Numbered from the stretch's first letter, positions 27,752 to 38,459 are shown. The stretch: DNA of 64,000 nucleotides from Nitrospirales bacterium (GCA_965223295.1 CBDCWC010000003.1:896001-960000); one strand, 5' to 3'. Notes: generated by a model not told the origin, from the letters alone. Translations and numbers: made by a program.

Positions 27752-29215
27752 ATGGAATCGTATCCCGCTTTTATCATTCTGATCTGCGGACTTCTTCCTC
27801 TCTTTATGGGAGGGTTCGTTATCGTTGGGTGGTATATCCGTAATCCTTATTTAGTTCAGCTGCATCCGAAATTCGTTCCCATGCAATTTAACACTGCCCT
27901 GGGATTTCTGGTCTGCGGAATTGGGCTGTTGCTCTTGAGTTTCTCGGAGATCCAGGGGGTCAAAATCGCCAGTGCCTTTATTCTGATCGTCGGAGGGCTG
28001 ACCCTTTTTCAATATTTAACGCAGTTCGATTGTGGAATAGACCAGTTATTCATAAAACACCACATCACGGTTGGCACATCTCATCCAGGACGAATGGCTC
28101 CCAATACGGCGTTATGTTTTATCTTAACGGCCATGGCCTTTCTGGTGAGTGCCAGCCCACAACATTCAATCCACCAAATTCTGACTTCTGGAATATTAGG
28201 AGCGAGCATCTTTGCCTTCGGTGCTATTGCTTTAATGGGATACCTTTTACAGCTTCAACCAGCCTACGGATGGGGCTATCTCACCAAAATGGCCATTCCT
28301 ACGGCTCTTGGGTTTGGATGTGTCGGCATCGGCCTGCTGGTCTTCTCTTGTTGTGTTTGGCCACTCGATACCACGGTACAAGCAGAGATCACAGCGGTGG
28401 TGTTCTCCGTTGGGATTATGTTGGCTTCTCTTTTGACCTTAGCTGTCTACTACCTTCAACGAGACCGGCAACTGATGACGCAACTTGAGACCTCTCATCA
28501 ACGCCTTCAACAAGAAGTCACTGATCGACGAGAAGCCGAACAAACAGCCCAACGCTCCCGAGAAGAACTACGGAATTTGAGCAATCGGCTCCAATCAGTA
28601 CGAGAGGAAGAAAAAACCCATATTGCCCGTGAACTTCATGATGAGTTGGGACAAGCCCTCACTGTCCTCAAAATGGATCTCACATTCCTTGAAAAAGAAT
28701 TGGAAAACGATTCGAAGAAATGTCATGAGAAAATTCAAACTATGTCACATTTAGTCGATCAGACAGTTCACTCAGTACAGAGGATTTGTTTTCAACTACG
28801 CCCAAAAATCCTGGACCTTTTAGGACTCCAGGAGGCCATGGAGTGGCAGGCACAAGATTTTGAAAAACGCACAGGTATTCATTGTGCGAGGTCTTTTGAT
28901 CTTCAGCCGATCAAATTAGGGCTATCTCAAACAGTTGCCATTTTTCGCGTCTTTCAAGAAATCCTCTCTAACGTTGCACGGCATGCAAAAGCGACAGCTA
29001 TCCAAATACGGTTAGCTCATGAGCAAGCATTCATCGACTTAGTCGTGAAGGATAATGGAATCGGTATCACACCTCATCAGATTGAAGATTCTCAATCACT
29101 AGGACTGATTGGAATGCGAGAGCGGATCCTTAATTTGAGTGGCACCATGACCATCAAAGGTTGGACGAACCAGGGAACGGAAATTCACGTCAGAATACCT
29201 CGAAGAAACTCATGA
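27752..29215 (+). CDS. Membrane sensor histidine kinase (HisKA_3, NarX/UhpB type)
   Basis: Multiple TM helices; 'IARELHDELGQ', 'NVARHA' and 'DNGIG' motifs. Confidence 0.92.
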   Translation: MESYPAFIILICGLLPLFMGGFVIVGWYIRNPYLVQLHPKFVPMQFNTALGFLVCGIGLLLLSFSEIQGVKIASAFILIVGGLTLFQYLTQFDCGIDQLFIKHHITVGTSHPGRMAPNTALCFILTAMAFLVSASPQHSIHQILTSGILGASIFAFGAIALMGYLLQLQPAYGWGYLTKMAIPTALGFGCVGIGLLVFSCCVWPLDTTVQAEITAVVFSVGIMLASLLTLAVYYLQRDRQLMTQLETSHQRLQQEVTDRREAEQTAQRSREELRNLSNRLQSVREEEKTHIARELHDELGQALTVLKMDLTFLEKELENDSKKCHEKIQTMSHLVDQTVHSVQRICFQLRPKILDLLGLQEAMEWQAQDFEKRTGIHCARSFDLQPIKLGLSQTVAIFRVFQEILSNVARHAKATAIQIRLAHEQAFIDLVVKDNGIGITPHQIEDSQSLGLIGMRERILNLSGTMTIKGWTNQGTEIHVRIPRRNS

Positions 29216-29865
29216 ATACCATTGCTCGACAATCGATTCGAATTCTCATCGGCGATGACCATGCTGTCGTTCGCCAAGGGCTTAACGAAATCGTTTCTAA
29301 AACGTAGGACATAGTTGTTGCAGAAGAAGCAGCGACAGGGAAAGAAGTCCTAAGGAAATTGCGTACGACTGCCGTTGATGTTCTGGTGATGGATATGGAA
29401 ATGCCACAAAAAACCGGATGGGATGTCTTGCTTGAGCTCAAATGCACACATCCCAAATTGCCAGTTGTTATATTGAGCATTTATCCAGAGGAGCAGTTCG
29501 GCCTGCGATTTTTAAAAGCCGGCGCTTCAGGATATCTGTCAAAAACGAGCGCTCCTGAACAGATCGTAGAGACCATCCGCACGGTCGCACAGGGAGGGAA
29601 ATACGTCAGCCCTAGCCTAGCCAAACAGCTGATCATGAATTTAGATAACGATCCTTGCCCACTCGTCCATGAACGGCTTTCAGATCGAGAATTTCAAGTG
29701 TTTCGCATGATCGCTTCTGGCAAACCCACAAAAAATATCGCCGATGAGCTCTGTATAAGCGTCACTACCGTGAGTACTCACCGATCCCGCATTCTCGAAA
29801 AAATGCAAGTCCAAACGAATGCTGACTTAACACTCTATGCCAGCAAGCATGGGTTAATCAGCTAA
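29212..29865 (+). pseudogene. NarL/UvrY-type response regulator with an in-frame TAG at 29305-29307
   Basis: MNTIARQSIRILIGDDHAVVRQGLNEIVSKT*DIVVAEEA continues in frame to a LuxR HTH (LSDREFQV). Confidence 0.85.
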
Positions 29866-30108
29866 GTCATTTTTCCACAGTTTTCAAAGCCAAAAAATCC
29901 TTGATACTCCTTCCAGTATCACATACTTAATCTTTTTGGTCTCTATTTGTCGAAGATATTCGACTCCCGATTCAACATGATTCTATAGGTAAGTTCCAAG
30001 TTCCATTAATATAAATTCCAGCCCAATACCTGTAATTTGAGTAATCGTGAGCAAGGGTAGTTTGTCATGCGATTATGACTCATGCCATTCATCAACACGG
30101 AGGACATC

Positions 30109-30612
30109 ATGAAACAACATCGATTTTCTACAAAAATGCTGTTGGGAATAGTTGGCGTAGGAATGTTTATTCAAGGATTACCATTATTAGCCTTCGCGGA
30201 CCCCTCTGATGCGGATATCAAAGAACAGTTTGGACCGGTCTTACGGTTAGAGGGAAAAGCTCGAAAAGAAATCAACGCCATCGCCAACATCCTTGGCCCT
30301 GGTTCGAAGATGATTCCGGTGGACGCAACCAAGGCCAGCGGTGAAATGTGCATGTTGGAGACTGTAAGTAAGCACAATATGGTCCATTTTTCACAGAATC
30401 CCCAACAAACTAAGGAAGACGTGGTATATTTCCTGAATCCTGCGACTTTTATCGAAAACGGACTTGATGTCACCAAGATGCCTCGCCATCCCCAGGAATT
30501 GGGAAAAATGGAGCCGTTGCAATGGTATTACTATGATGGAACTTATTATGAACCTCATCAAGGCAGCCAGTTAAACAAGGAATTTGTCATCATGGCTGTG
30601 GATGTCAAATAG
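30109..30612 (+). CDS. Hypothetical secreted protein
   Basis: Signal peptide (..LLAFA|D); GGAGG SD before MKQHR. Confidence 0.7.
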   Translation: MKQHRFSTKMLLGIVGVGMFIQGLPLLAFADPSDADIKEQFGPVLRLEGKARKEINAIANILGPGSKMIPVDATKASGEMCMLETVSKHNMVHFSQNPQQTKEDVVYFLNPATFIENGLDVTKMPRHPQELGKMEPLQWYYYDGTYYEPHQGSQLNKEFVIMAVDVK

Positions 30613-30678
30613 GCCGTGAGCAAAGAGGGTCTGGGGAATTACAATGCGGATAGGTTAACTAATAATAAAGGAGAACGA

Positions 30679-31155
30679 ATGAAAACACATCGCATTATAC
30701 ATTTCTTCAAGGCCCTACCTTTGATGATGTTTTTTGTTCTTATTAGCACGACTTCCAATTTGAGTCAGGCAGAAACTGAGCGTTCATTATATGAACGTCT
30801 CGGTGGATATGATGCGATCTCAGCCGTTGTCGACGTCTTTCTCACGAAGGTATGGGAGGACCCAATCGTCGGTCGTTTTTTTGTGGGCATGGGCACAGAT
30901 ACCCGCAACCAATTGCGGCAAAAGAATAAGAACTTGATATGCGCGAATACCGGAGGCCCTTGCAAAAAAATTAATCGCCCATTAGAAATCACACATGCAG
31001 GCTTGGGTATTACTGATAAAGAATTTGATATCGTCGTAGGCTATATAGGTGAGACGTTAAAAGAATTCAAAGTTCCTCACAAGGAATACGATGAACTCAT
31101 GACCAAAGTCGGCAACCTTCGCAACTATGTGGTAGAAGCAAGAATTAAAAAATAA
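30679..31155 (+). CDS. Group 1 truncated hemoglobin with a signal peptide
   Basis: 'SLYERLGG.DAI.AVVD', 'TGGP' and 'H.GLGIT..EFD' motifs; AAGGAG SD before MKTHR. Confidence 0.88.
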   Translation: MKTHRIIHFFKALPLMMFFVLISTTSNLSQAETERSLYERLGGYDAISAVVDVFLTKVWEDPIVGRFFVGMGTDTRNQLRQKNKNLICANTGGPCKKINRPLEITHAGLGITDKEFDIVVGYIGETLKEFKVPHKEYDELMTKVGNLRNYVVEARIKK

Positions 31156-31164
31156 GCTGATAAC

Positions 31165-32082
31165 CTATTTTCGGCGAATAGCCACCAGACGGCCAATCAT
31201 TTCTTGGGGAAGATTAGGGGGAGGCGCACTCAGGTCAATGCGAGGACCCACGCCTTGCACAAGCTTGAGACCTTCGGATGTATTGATGATACCTTTGATA
31301 CGAAGAGCCTGAAGAGGTTGAAGCTCTTCAAGCAGCAGTTCTGGTGTGATACTAGAGGGGAAGGAGAGTTCTTGTGCTTCAAAGGCTTCATGCGTATGAG
31401 GAACATGTTCAGGTTTACGCGTACGCTTTGAAGCATTCAATGATAGAGGAGTTGGTGGAAAAACCACGGCTGTATCAATCTTTCCCTGAATGCTTCGAAT
31501 GAACGGAGCATCAGGAGCCATACCTTGAAGCAGACCTTCTACTTGTCCCAAAGAATTTTCTGCGACTAAATCGACTTTATTCAGCACCAGAATATCTGCT
31601 GAAGACACCTGCTGTTCGAATGTCCCTTCCAGATCCCGGTCTTCTGCGACTTGTTCAGCATTCGCCACTACCACCGCCAGACTTTCGCCAACCCATTCTG
31701 TAATTGGCTCTCTCCAAAACGTCATCAGCGTTTCGAAAGGCAATGCGACACCCGAGGTTTCGACGACGACCCGGTCTGGACGAACCGTCTCCCATAAGTT
31801 CTGGAGTGTCTCTAGTAACTCATTAGATAGCTGACAACAGACACAACCGCCCTCAAGCTCCACATATCCCGGACCGCCTTCTTCCTGAAGCAGCGCCCGA
31901 TCAATACCTAGTTCACCAAATTCATTGGAAACGACGGCGAGTTTGAGTCCCTGTTGTTGGGCATCCATGATGAGATGTTTGACGAGTGTGGTCTTCCCAG
32001 CGCCTAAAAATCCTGAGACAACCAGAGCAGGCACGCCAAGTCCTAAGTTTGACCGGCCAGGAGAAACTGTGGCGCTTGTCAT
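31165..32082 (-). CDS. CobW/COG0523-family metallochaperone GTPase
   Basis: GFLGAGKT, NEFGE, GCVCC, ETSG and NKVD motifs. Confidence 0.92.
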   Translation of the reverse strand: MTSATVSPGRSNLGLGVPALVVSGFLGAGKTTLVKHLIMDAQQQGLKLAVVSNEFGELGIDRALLQEEGGPGYVELEGGCVCCQLSNELLETLQNLWETVRPDRVVVETSGVALPFETLMTFWREPITEWVGESLAVVVANAEQVAEDRDLEGTFEQQVSSADILVLNKVDLVAENSLGQVEGLLQGMAPDAPFIRSIQGKIDTAVVFPPTPLSLNASKRTRKPEHVPHTHEAFEAQELSFPSSITPELLLEELQPLQALRIKGIINTSEGLKLVQGVGPRIDLSAPPPNLPQEMIGRLVAIRRK

Positions 32083-32840
32083 TGTGAACCTATTTCATAG
32101 ACTAATGTAACGGTGCCGCGCACGGAGATTTCACCCGCCGAGACAGAGGAGCCGCCTCCATCACTCTCCATGGACATTGCTCTCGCCATTCGATACCTTG
32201 GGGCTGGGGCGACAACCGACACTCCACCCTCCATCACTTTCATGATTCGCACGAGCCTCAGCTTCAATGACCGCGCTAATGTTTCTGCTTTGGTCTTGGC
32301 TTTGGTGGCAGCACGTTGTAAGACTTGAAGTTCGGTGGGTTGCTCGTCTTGTAGGCCCCAGGAAATCCCAGAAAAACGGTTGGCTCCTACTTTCAAGGCA
32401 CGATCCACTACTTTACCAACGATATCTAAATTTCGAACTTCTACATTGATTTGATGGACAACCCGATAACCGATAATTCGGGGAATCCTCTGCTCCAAGG
32501 ATCCACCAGATGACCGTCGTGGAGGAGGCGGATATTCAGGAATGACATTGAAGGATGTTGTTTGTATGAATTTCGACGCAATTTCTAACTTTTGACATTC
32601 TTCAAGCACCCTAGCCATTCGCTCTTGGTTTTCTTTCTGAACCTTCGCCAATTCTTTTCCAACTGTTTCCACAGCGAAACTTAATACAGCCTTATCAGGA
32701 GGGACATTCATTTTCCCTTCTGCAGAGACCGTTAAGCGTGGCTGTTCCTGTTCATCTCCGCCAGCCCATCCAAGGCTTGGCATCACCAGCAAGAGCCCAA
32801 CAAGAATCCCACACAACCTTATTGGTGATTTATTATTCAT
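32079..32840 (-). CDS. SIMPL/DUF541 periplasmic protein
   Basis: Signal peptide from MNNKS; 'VSAEG..VPPD.A' and 'AGEISV' motifs; the upstream ORF extension is repeat-derived. Confidence 0.85.
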   Translation of the reverse strand: MNNKSPIRLCGILVGLLLVMPSLGWAGGDEQEQPRLTVSAEGKMNVPPDKAVLSFAVETVGKELAKVQKENQERMARVLEECQKLEIASKFIQTTSFNVIPEYPPPPRRSSGGSLEQRIPRIIGYRVVHQINVEVRNLDIVGKVVDRALKVGANRFSGISWGLQDEQPTELQVLQRAATKAKTKAETLARSLKLRLVRIMKVMEGGVSVVAPAPRYRMARAMSMESDGGGSSVSAGEISVRGTVTLVYEIGSQ

Positions 32841-32841
32841 A

Positions 32842-32961
32842 GATCTGTTGAAAAAAGCCGCCAGCGGCGTTCTCGCCATTTTTCCGTGCTCACGTATTGC
32901 CAATACGCTCCGCGCGCAAAAATGGCTGCAGCCTTTCTGGACAGACTTTTTTGAACAGATC
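32842..32961. mobile_element. MITE-like element, family C, copy 1
   Basis: Terminal inverted repeats gatctgttgaaaaaag / cttttttgaacagatc; inverted copy at 37429-37550. Confidence 0.8.
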
Positions 32962-33081
32962 CGACATTGTTGTTCGCCAAGAACTTCTGGGCGAAATATG
33001 GCGTTTGCTATCTTCATTATTCAACACTCCCATTCATGCACATTGACAAACCCCTCAGATGTTTTTGAAAATGTCTTCCAC

Positions 33082-33268
33082 AATGAGTCCATCAAATTCT
33101 ACCTCGGCTCAAACCGCATCTTCCTCAGAAATTCCTGATCGTCTCTGCACATGGTGTCAAACCACCATGATGAAACGGCTGGTGGGAGAAGGCCGCTTTA
33201 TTCATTATACGTGCCCCAAATGCATTTTCCAGCATACGTCTAAAGCGCAGGTCGGAACCTCGTCCTAG
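33082..33268 (+). CDS. Small zinc-ribbon protein
   Basis: CTWC..CPKC motif; start codon uncertain. Confidence 0.5.
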
Positions 33269-33384
33269 TCTCTCTTGTTGCATTTGAGATCTTTACTGGT
33301 TAGTGGATCACTCCACCCCTCGAATGTTCCTTCTTCGGAAACATTCCCCGTCCATACAAAGCAGGGAAACATCCTAGAGGTCAC

Positions 33385-34620
33385 TTAAAAGAGATTGGAG
33401 ACGATGCGGGTGCCGCCGACCCACGTTCCGATAATACTTCCTATGGTGGGAAGGAGAAACGCGAGAAAGACCCGAAGCAATCGGCTCTTCCACCATCGTC
33501 TTGGGATCGCGATATCTTCGGCCACTGTTTGAAAGTCCTTGACGAGCGGGGGCTGCAAATAGGCTTGCACAAAGGCCGTGACATAGCCTACACCAATGAC
33601 TGGCGTGAGACTTGTAAATGGCGCCGAGACAAACGCGGTCAGGATCGTCAACGGATGAGCCATCGCCAGAATACCTCCAATACCACTGGGTATGCCATTC
33701 GCCAAAATCCAAAATAACGCATTTTCTCCCGCCGCTTCCGCCCCTTTTTGCCAACCAATCCAGGCGATTGATCCGACGATGAGCAAAGGAATACTCCAAC
33801 CAACCATTTTCCAGACTGGAGAGACGGGCGGGACATAATCCAGGGCTTCCAAATCAACTGACTTTTGCTGTTCGATAGTATGACAAATGCCGGCGACATG
33901 GCCAGCTCCGACAACAGCCACCGTCCTTTTCCCTGGAGCCTCCACCATTTTTTTCGCGAGGTAACGATCTCGTTCGTCAATGAGCACCACTTTTAACGTG
34001 GGGACTTCTTTACCCAGCTCTTTCATCATCTCTGATAGCACATCTTGCTTCTTGAGGTTACGAATTTCATCTTCAGAAACCTCTGTGGTATCAAATATGC
34101 CAAGCATCAATGAAGAGACGAGCAAACTTTTTCGCCAAAAGGGCGTGTTACGCCAAGCGCGGCGCATGGTCACCCGCACATCACGGTCACCTAAGGTCAC
34201 GGGCACATTGTGTTTCTCAGCCATTCGAATAGCTTCGAGCATTTCCGTTCCCGGCAAGACACCTAGCTTGTCGCCCAACCGTTTTTGAAACGAAGCTAAC
34301 ACCAAATTGACGATAAGCGTGCTGAGTTGCTGCTGCCGAATAATTTGTTTAAGGTCTAGTGATTCCCAGCGGTTCGGATGAGAGATCGCCTCAAAACGCT
34401 TGGCATCCAATTCCACACAGACGCCGTCAGGCTGCTCTTGCTCAATCACCAATTTGACTAATTCGACAGACTCTTGGGACACATGCGCAGTGCCAACCAA
34501 AATAATCGTCTTGTCGCCCGCAGTCAAAACGGTGACATCGGATTCATACTGCCCAAGAAGATCTGCAGGAGATTTTCGTGCGGAATCGGGTGAGGAATCA
34601 TCCATATCTGACATAAACAC
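33385..34620 (-). CDS. TraB/GumN (pheromone shutdown) family protein
   Basis: 'GTAHVS..S', 'VCVELD..R', 'LIDERD' and 'VVGAGHV' motifs; C-terminal TM helices. Confidence 0.9.
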   Translation of the reverse strand: MFMSDMDDSSPDSARKSPADLLGQYESDVTVLTAGDKTIILVGTAHVSQESVELVKLVIEQEQPDGVCVELDAKRFEAISHPNRWESLDLKQIIRQQQLSTLIVNLVLASFQKRLGDKLGVLPGTEMLEAIRMAEKHNVPVTLGDRDVRVTMRRAWRNTPFWRKSLLVSSLMLGIFDTTEVSEDEIRNLKKQDVLSEMMKELGKEVPTLKVVLIDERDRYLAKKMVEAPGKRTVAVVGAGHVAGICHTIEQQKSVDLEALDYVPPVSPVWKMVGWSIPLLIVGSIAWIGWQKGAEAAGENALFWILANGIPSGIGGILAMAHPLTILTAFVSAPFTSLTPVIGVGYVTAFVQAYLQPPLVKDFQTVAEDIAIPRRWWKSRLLRVFLAFLLPTIGSIIGTWVGGTRIVSNLF

Positions 34621-34650
34621 ACCTTGGCATATTAGACAATAAACTTGTCA

Positions 34651-34793
34651 AGGGCAGCTCTAGAAACTGAAGATTTTTTCTGAGGGCAAGAAAGCGGCGC
34701 GCGGAAAACCGCAGTGTATGGGCCGATACATGAGGATTTGAGCACGCGGCTGACGCCGCCATCGGGAAAAAGAACAGTTTGTAGAGGTGCCCT
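34651..34793. mobile_element. MITE-like element, family D, copy 1
   Basis: TIRs agggcagctcta / tagaggtgccct; homologous copy at 62279-62418. Confidence 0.8.
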
Positions 34794-35123
34794 CAAGTTT
34801 GATGCAGGAAGTTCGCTTCATCCACGTTTCCAACATTCAAATCTTCTCTTTAGTTGGCTATGAATGTTAAAATTCCCCCTTTTCATGGTCAAAAATATAT
34901 GGAACGAGAAAAAGAAGAAGCCCCGCGACGGTCTTCGACGTGGATTTGGTTAAGTTCCGATGGAGCTCGATGGCGAATCAATCATGCTTCAAATGGCATC
35001 TGGTCCTGTCCCATTGGCATGGGCGGTAAGCGAGTGGGCTCCTGGAAGCCTGGGCTCCCATCAAGCTTGGGCTCTTGGCCTGGTTTGAAAAAGAAAGAAT
35101 AGAAACGTGGGTGAGCTTCTTCT

Positions 35124-35429
35124 TTACAGATCAAAGAGAAAATTCACATTTCCTCCACCCCAAGGCTTGATCGTTCCTTCAATCCCTTTCCTATTTTCTG
35201 AATAAACCCACACCGCCACATCCTCTAATCCCGTCAGCTCCTTCATTTTTTCTAACAGCACCAGTACAATTTTTCGTCCACGTTCCCGATCAGCGGAGAG
35301 CCGATTGAAATAGGCTTCCGTGACATGTAGTTGCAGGAGTTTGCCTTTGACTTGAAGTCCCGTAACATCAGGATTCTCTCCCATCTGCGCTTTGATTTTT
35401 TCCGCAATTTCTTCATCCGTCTTCGGCAT
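35124..35429 (-). CDS. Hypothetical protein
   Basis: 101-aa ORF with protein-like composition, downstream of pepP. Confidence 0.65.
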   Translation of the reverse strand: MPKTDEEIAEKIKAQMGENPDVTGLQVKGKLLQLHVTEAYFNRLSADRERGRKIVLVLLEKMKELTGLEDVAVWVYSENRKGIEGTIKPWGGGNVNFLFDL

Positions 35430-35498
35430 GTACGACCTAGACCTTTCTTCGTCTCTTTAAGATATGAGCGTGTTTTTCCGGTTTCGTTGGAGACCATG

Positions 35499-37283
35499 CT
35501 AGGCGAGAGGCTGAGTCGCCTCTTCCAGCCACGCCTGTGTTTCTTCTTCAACTTTGGATTTTAAACATTTCCACACACGAGCATGATAGGCATTCACCCA
35601 ATCCCGTTCAGACGTAGACAGAAGGTCCACATCAATGAGCTTTCGATCAAATGGCACGACTGTCAAGGTGTCGAACCCGAAAAACTCACGGGTGGATTCC
35701 TGGATCGTCTTTTCCCGGTTGACCACTACTAAATTTTCGAGTCGAATTCCATACGCCCCGGTTTTATAATAGCCCGGCTCATTCGACACAATCATGCCGG
35801 GCTTCAGGGCCACATCATTCGCAGCCTTCGAAATGCGTTGCGGGCCTTCATGGACACCCAGAAAACTTCCCACGCCATGCCCGGTTCCATGATCATAGTC
35901 CAGCCCCACAATCCAAAGAGGTGCGCGGGCCAAGACATCAAGTTGACTGCCGGTTGTGCCTTCGGGAAATTTGGCTGTCGCCAGGGCAATATGGCCTTGT
36001 AAGACACGCGTATAACGATCACGATGCTCGTCTATCGGTTCTCCTATCGCCACCGTGCGTGTAATGTCCGTTGTCCCATCAAGGTACTGCCCACCTGAGT
36101 CCACAAGATACAACGTTCCGGGCTCTAGCAACCGATTGGTCTTCGGCGTTGAATGATAATGCACAATGGCTCCATTCGAACCCGCACCTGAGATGGTAGG
36201 GAAACTCGCATCTTCCCACATTGCCTGTTTCTGACGACATTCATCTAAATAGGCGGCGGCTTGTAACTCTGTCACCTGTCCACTTGGTGATTCACGAGAC
36301 AGCCAGGCTAAGAACTGACAGACGGCCACACCATCCCGTTCATGAGCCGCATAGGCTCCTTGTATCTCAACCGCGTTTTTACAGGCCTTGGGGAGGGCGC
36401 AGGGGTCATCCCCTTTCGTCATATGAGCTCCATGTTCAGTCAGCGTCGAAAAAATCCAGACATTCGTTTTCATCGGGTCACACAGCACCTGCTGACTCTG
36501 CTGTCCAAGTTGCTGCAATGCATCTTCAAAGACCTCGGGCGATTCTAGCGAAACGTCAGAACCGAGATGAGAAGTCAGGCCAGGACTGATTTTTCGTAAA
36601 TCGACAAACAGAGCGACTCGTCCGGTAGCATAGATAATCGCCTGACAGAGGGGCAGCGGCGTATGCGAGACATCGCTCCCACGAATATTTAATAACCAGG
36701 CAATAGAATCAGGCGCACTAATAATCGCGGCATCAATGCCATCTTGTCGCAAGTTTTGAGCTAATTCTTCACGCTTGACTAGGGAACTCTTGCCGGAATA
36801 CTCAATGAGATGTGGCTGGATCACTCCCATAGGAACCGAAGGCCGATCGCTCCATATCTGATCGATGGGATTAGGAGAACAGGGGATCAACTGAATCCTG
36901 GCTTGGTCACATGCCTTCTCATAACGTTTAAGGTCACGCGGCGTATGCAGCAAGGGATCATACCCAATACGATCCGATGCGACACCATGCTGCCCCAGCC
37001 AGGTCGAAGGAGAACAGTCCCCACTATTGTTGATGTCAAAATGTTGTTGATTAACCTGATCGGCAACTTGAAGAGTATAACGCCCATCCACAAAGATCGC
37101 GGCTTCTTTGGTAAGCACAATTGCCGTACCCGCTGACCCCGTAAACCCCGTTAGCCATGCTAGCCGTTCAGCGCATGGGGGCACGTATTCATTTTGGTAT
37201 TCATCTGCATGAGGCACGATGAATCCAGTAAGATGTTGACGCTGGAGTTCTAGTCTGAGCGCTTCAAGTGGTGCTTGAGTCAT
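35499..37283 (-). CDS. pepP: Aminopeptidase P (M24B)
   Basis: 'GFTGSAG', 'DSGGQY.DGTTD', 'HGTGHGVG..L.VHEGP' and 'EPGYY' motifs. Confidence 0.95.
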   Translation of the reverse strand: MTQAPLEALRLELQRQHLTGFIVPHADEYQNEYVPPCAERLAWLTGFTGSAGTAIVLTKEAAIFVDGRYTLQVADQVNQQHFDINNSGDCSPSTWLGQHGVASDRIGYDPLLHTPRDLKRYEKACDQARIQLIPCSPNPIDQIWSDRPSVPMGVIQPHLIEYSGKSSLVKREELAQNLRQDGIDAAIISAPDSIAWLLNIRGSDVSHTPLPLCQAIIYATGRVALFVDLRKISPGLTSHLGSDVSLESPEVFEDALQQLGQQSQQVLCDPMKTNVWIFSTLTEHGAHMTKGDDPCALPKACKNAVEIQGAYAAHERDGVAVCQFLAWLSRESPSGQVTELQAAAYLDECRQKQAMWEDASFPTISGAGSNGAIVHYHSTPKTNRLLEPGTLYLVDSGGQYLDGTTDITRTVAIGEPIDEHRDRYTRVLQGHIALATAKFPEGTTGSQLDVLARAPLWIVGLDYDHGTGHGVGSFLGVHEGPQRISKAANDVALKPGMIVSNEPGYYKTGAYGIRLENLVVVNREKTIQESTREFFGFDTLTVVPFDRKLIDVDLLSTSERDWVNAYHARVWKCLKSKVEEETQAWLEEATQPLA

Positions 37284-37428
37284 GCGATCTGCGGATGAGT
37301 CATGTTTCTAGGGTTGCTGAACATAAACTTTGGGTTGTCAGGCAGACAAATTCAGACATGGGGTTGTTGAATAATGATGATATCAACAGCCACATTTCGT
37401 GTCTGCGACGTCACATATCAGAGACCTT

Positions 37429-37550
37429 GGGTCTGTTCAAAAAAGTCCGTTTAGCAAGGCCGCAGCCATTTTTGCGCGCGGAGCGTACTGGTCCTACGTG
37501 AGCACGGAAAAATGGCGAGAACGCCGCTGGCGGCTTTTTTCAACAGACCC
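37429..37550. mobile_element. MITE-like element, family C, copy 2 (inverted)
   Basis: gggtctgttcaaaaaag..cttttttcaacagaccc; the interior is the reverse complement of 32842-32961. Confidence 0.8.
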
Positions 37551-37622
37551 GACATGAGAATAGCATATTCTCTAATGATCTTTCCGACTGAACCGGCAAA
37601 ATATTTGAGAAAGGCTGAGAAA

Positions 37623-37958
37623 CTAATGAATCGACTGAAACGCAGATTCCTCAGACGAAAATGTCGGAATCAAGGCAGGAAAATTTGCTTGATCGAGGAT
37701 AGTTTTGATTGGTTGTTGCGGACCCACGAGGCTCATCACTAAGTCATTTTCTCTCAAATTCAAATAGGCCAATGCCAACCCTCCTAAGGCTGTACTGTCC
37801 ATGAAAGTAACTCCTTGGATATTGAACATAATATGCTTCGCCCCTGATTGCCGAGCATTATTGACAATTGCTTGGAAAACTTTTCGGGAGTAAAACGTGA
37901 CTCGCCCTGAAATGGTCAGGACCAGCGTTTCATCTTGTATTCTTTCTTCCACATGCAT
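37623..37958 (-). CDS. STAS-domain anti-sigma factor antagonist
   Basis: 'VTFMDSTALGGL' with the phosphorylatable Ser. Confidence 0.9.
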   Translation of the reverse strand: MHVEERIQDETLVLTISGRVTFYSRKVFQAIVNNARQSGAKHIMFNIQGVTFMDSTALGGLALAYLNLRENDLVMSLVGPQQPIKTILDQANFPALIPTFSSEESAFQSIH

Positions 37959-37982
37959 ACAGATATCCTCATTCGTGTTTCT

Positions 37983-38008
37983 TTATCGGCACATCTACGC
38001 ATTTCTTG
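37983..38008 (-). promoter_or_regulatory. Putative sigma28 (FliA) promoter
   Basis: Minus strand CAAG-N14-GCCGATAA, 24 nt upstream of the STAS start. Confidence 0.45.
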
Positions 38009-38459
38009 CTAAATAATCATCTTGTATCCGGATCGAGGAAGTTTAAGGCAATATGCCATGCCAAGATAGTAGGATACGAAACTACGTATAAGGAGAAATA
38101 TCTGGACTATTTTTTCAATAACACGCATAACCATCCAACAAACTTGGTGAGGAATGCACTAAGCGGCAATTGAACTTTTCTCGCGATAGGCTCATGGAGG
38201 CACGAGAAACCTCTCCACCTCAGAACGCAATGAGAAAAGTCAAAAAGCCAGCCAGCAAAGCGTAGCCCATTTGCGCACAGAGCGTATACCCACTACCGAT
38301 CTGTTATCAGATAGAACGGACAGATGATCAGTTGATAGAGACGGTTCTTCTAATGCAGAATGTGACCCCAAGGATACGGCACGAATTCACATCCATTCAC
38401 CAGCAAGTCATCGTCACAATTTATTTGTAACGACATCACACCCCAATTGTAGTCCTCTC

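Noticed and set aside
29305-29307. Pyrrolysine or recoded TAG
   Set aside because: TAG terminates many normal genes here and no pyl genes are in the window
32841-33017. Long N-terminal extension of the SIMPL ORF, and the ORF at 37512
   Set aside because: Translations of family-C MITE sequence
38047-38064. Possible sigma54 promoter (TGGCATGGCATATTGC, minus strand)
   Set aside because: GG-to-GC spacing is 11 nt rather than the required 10
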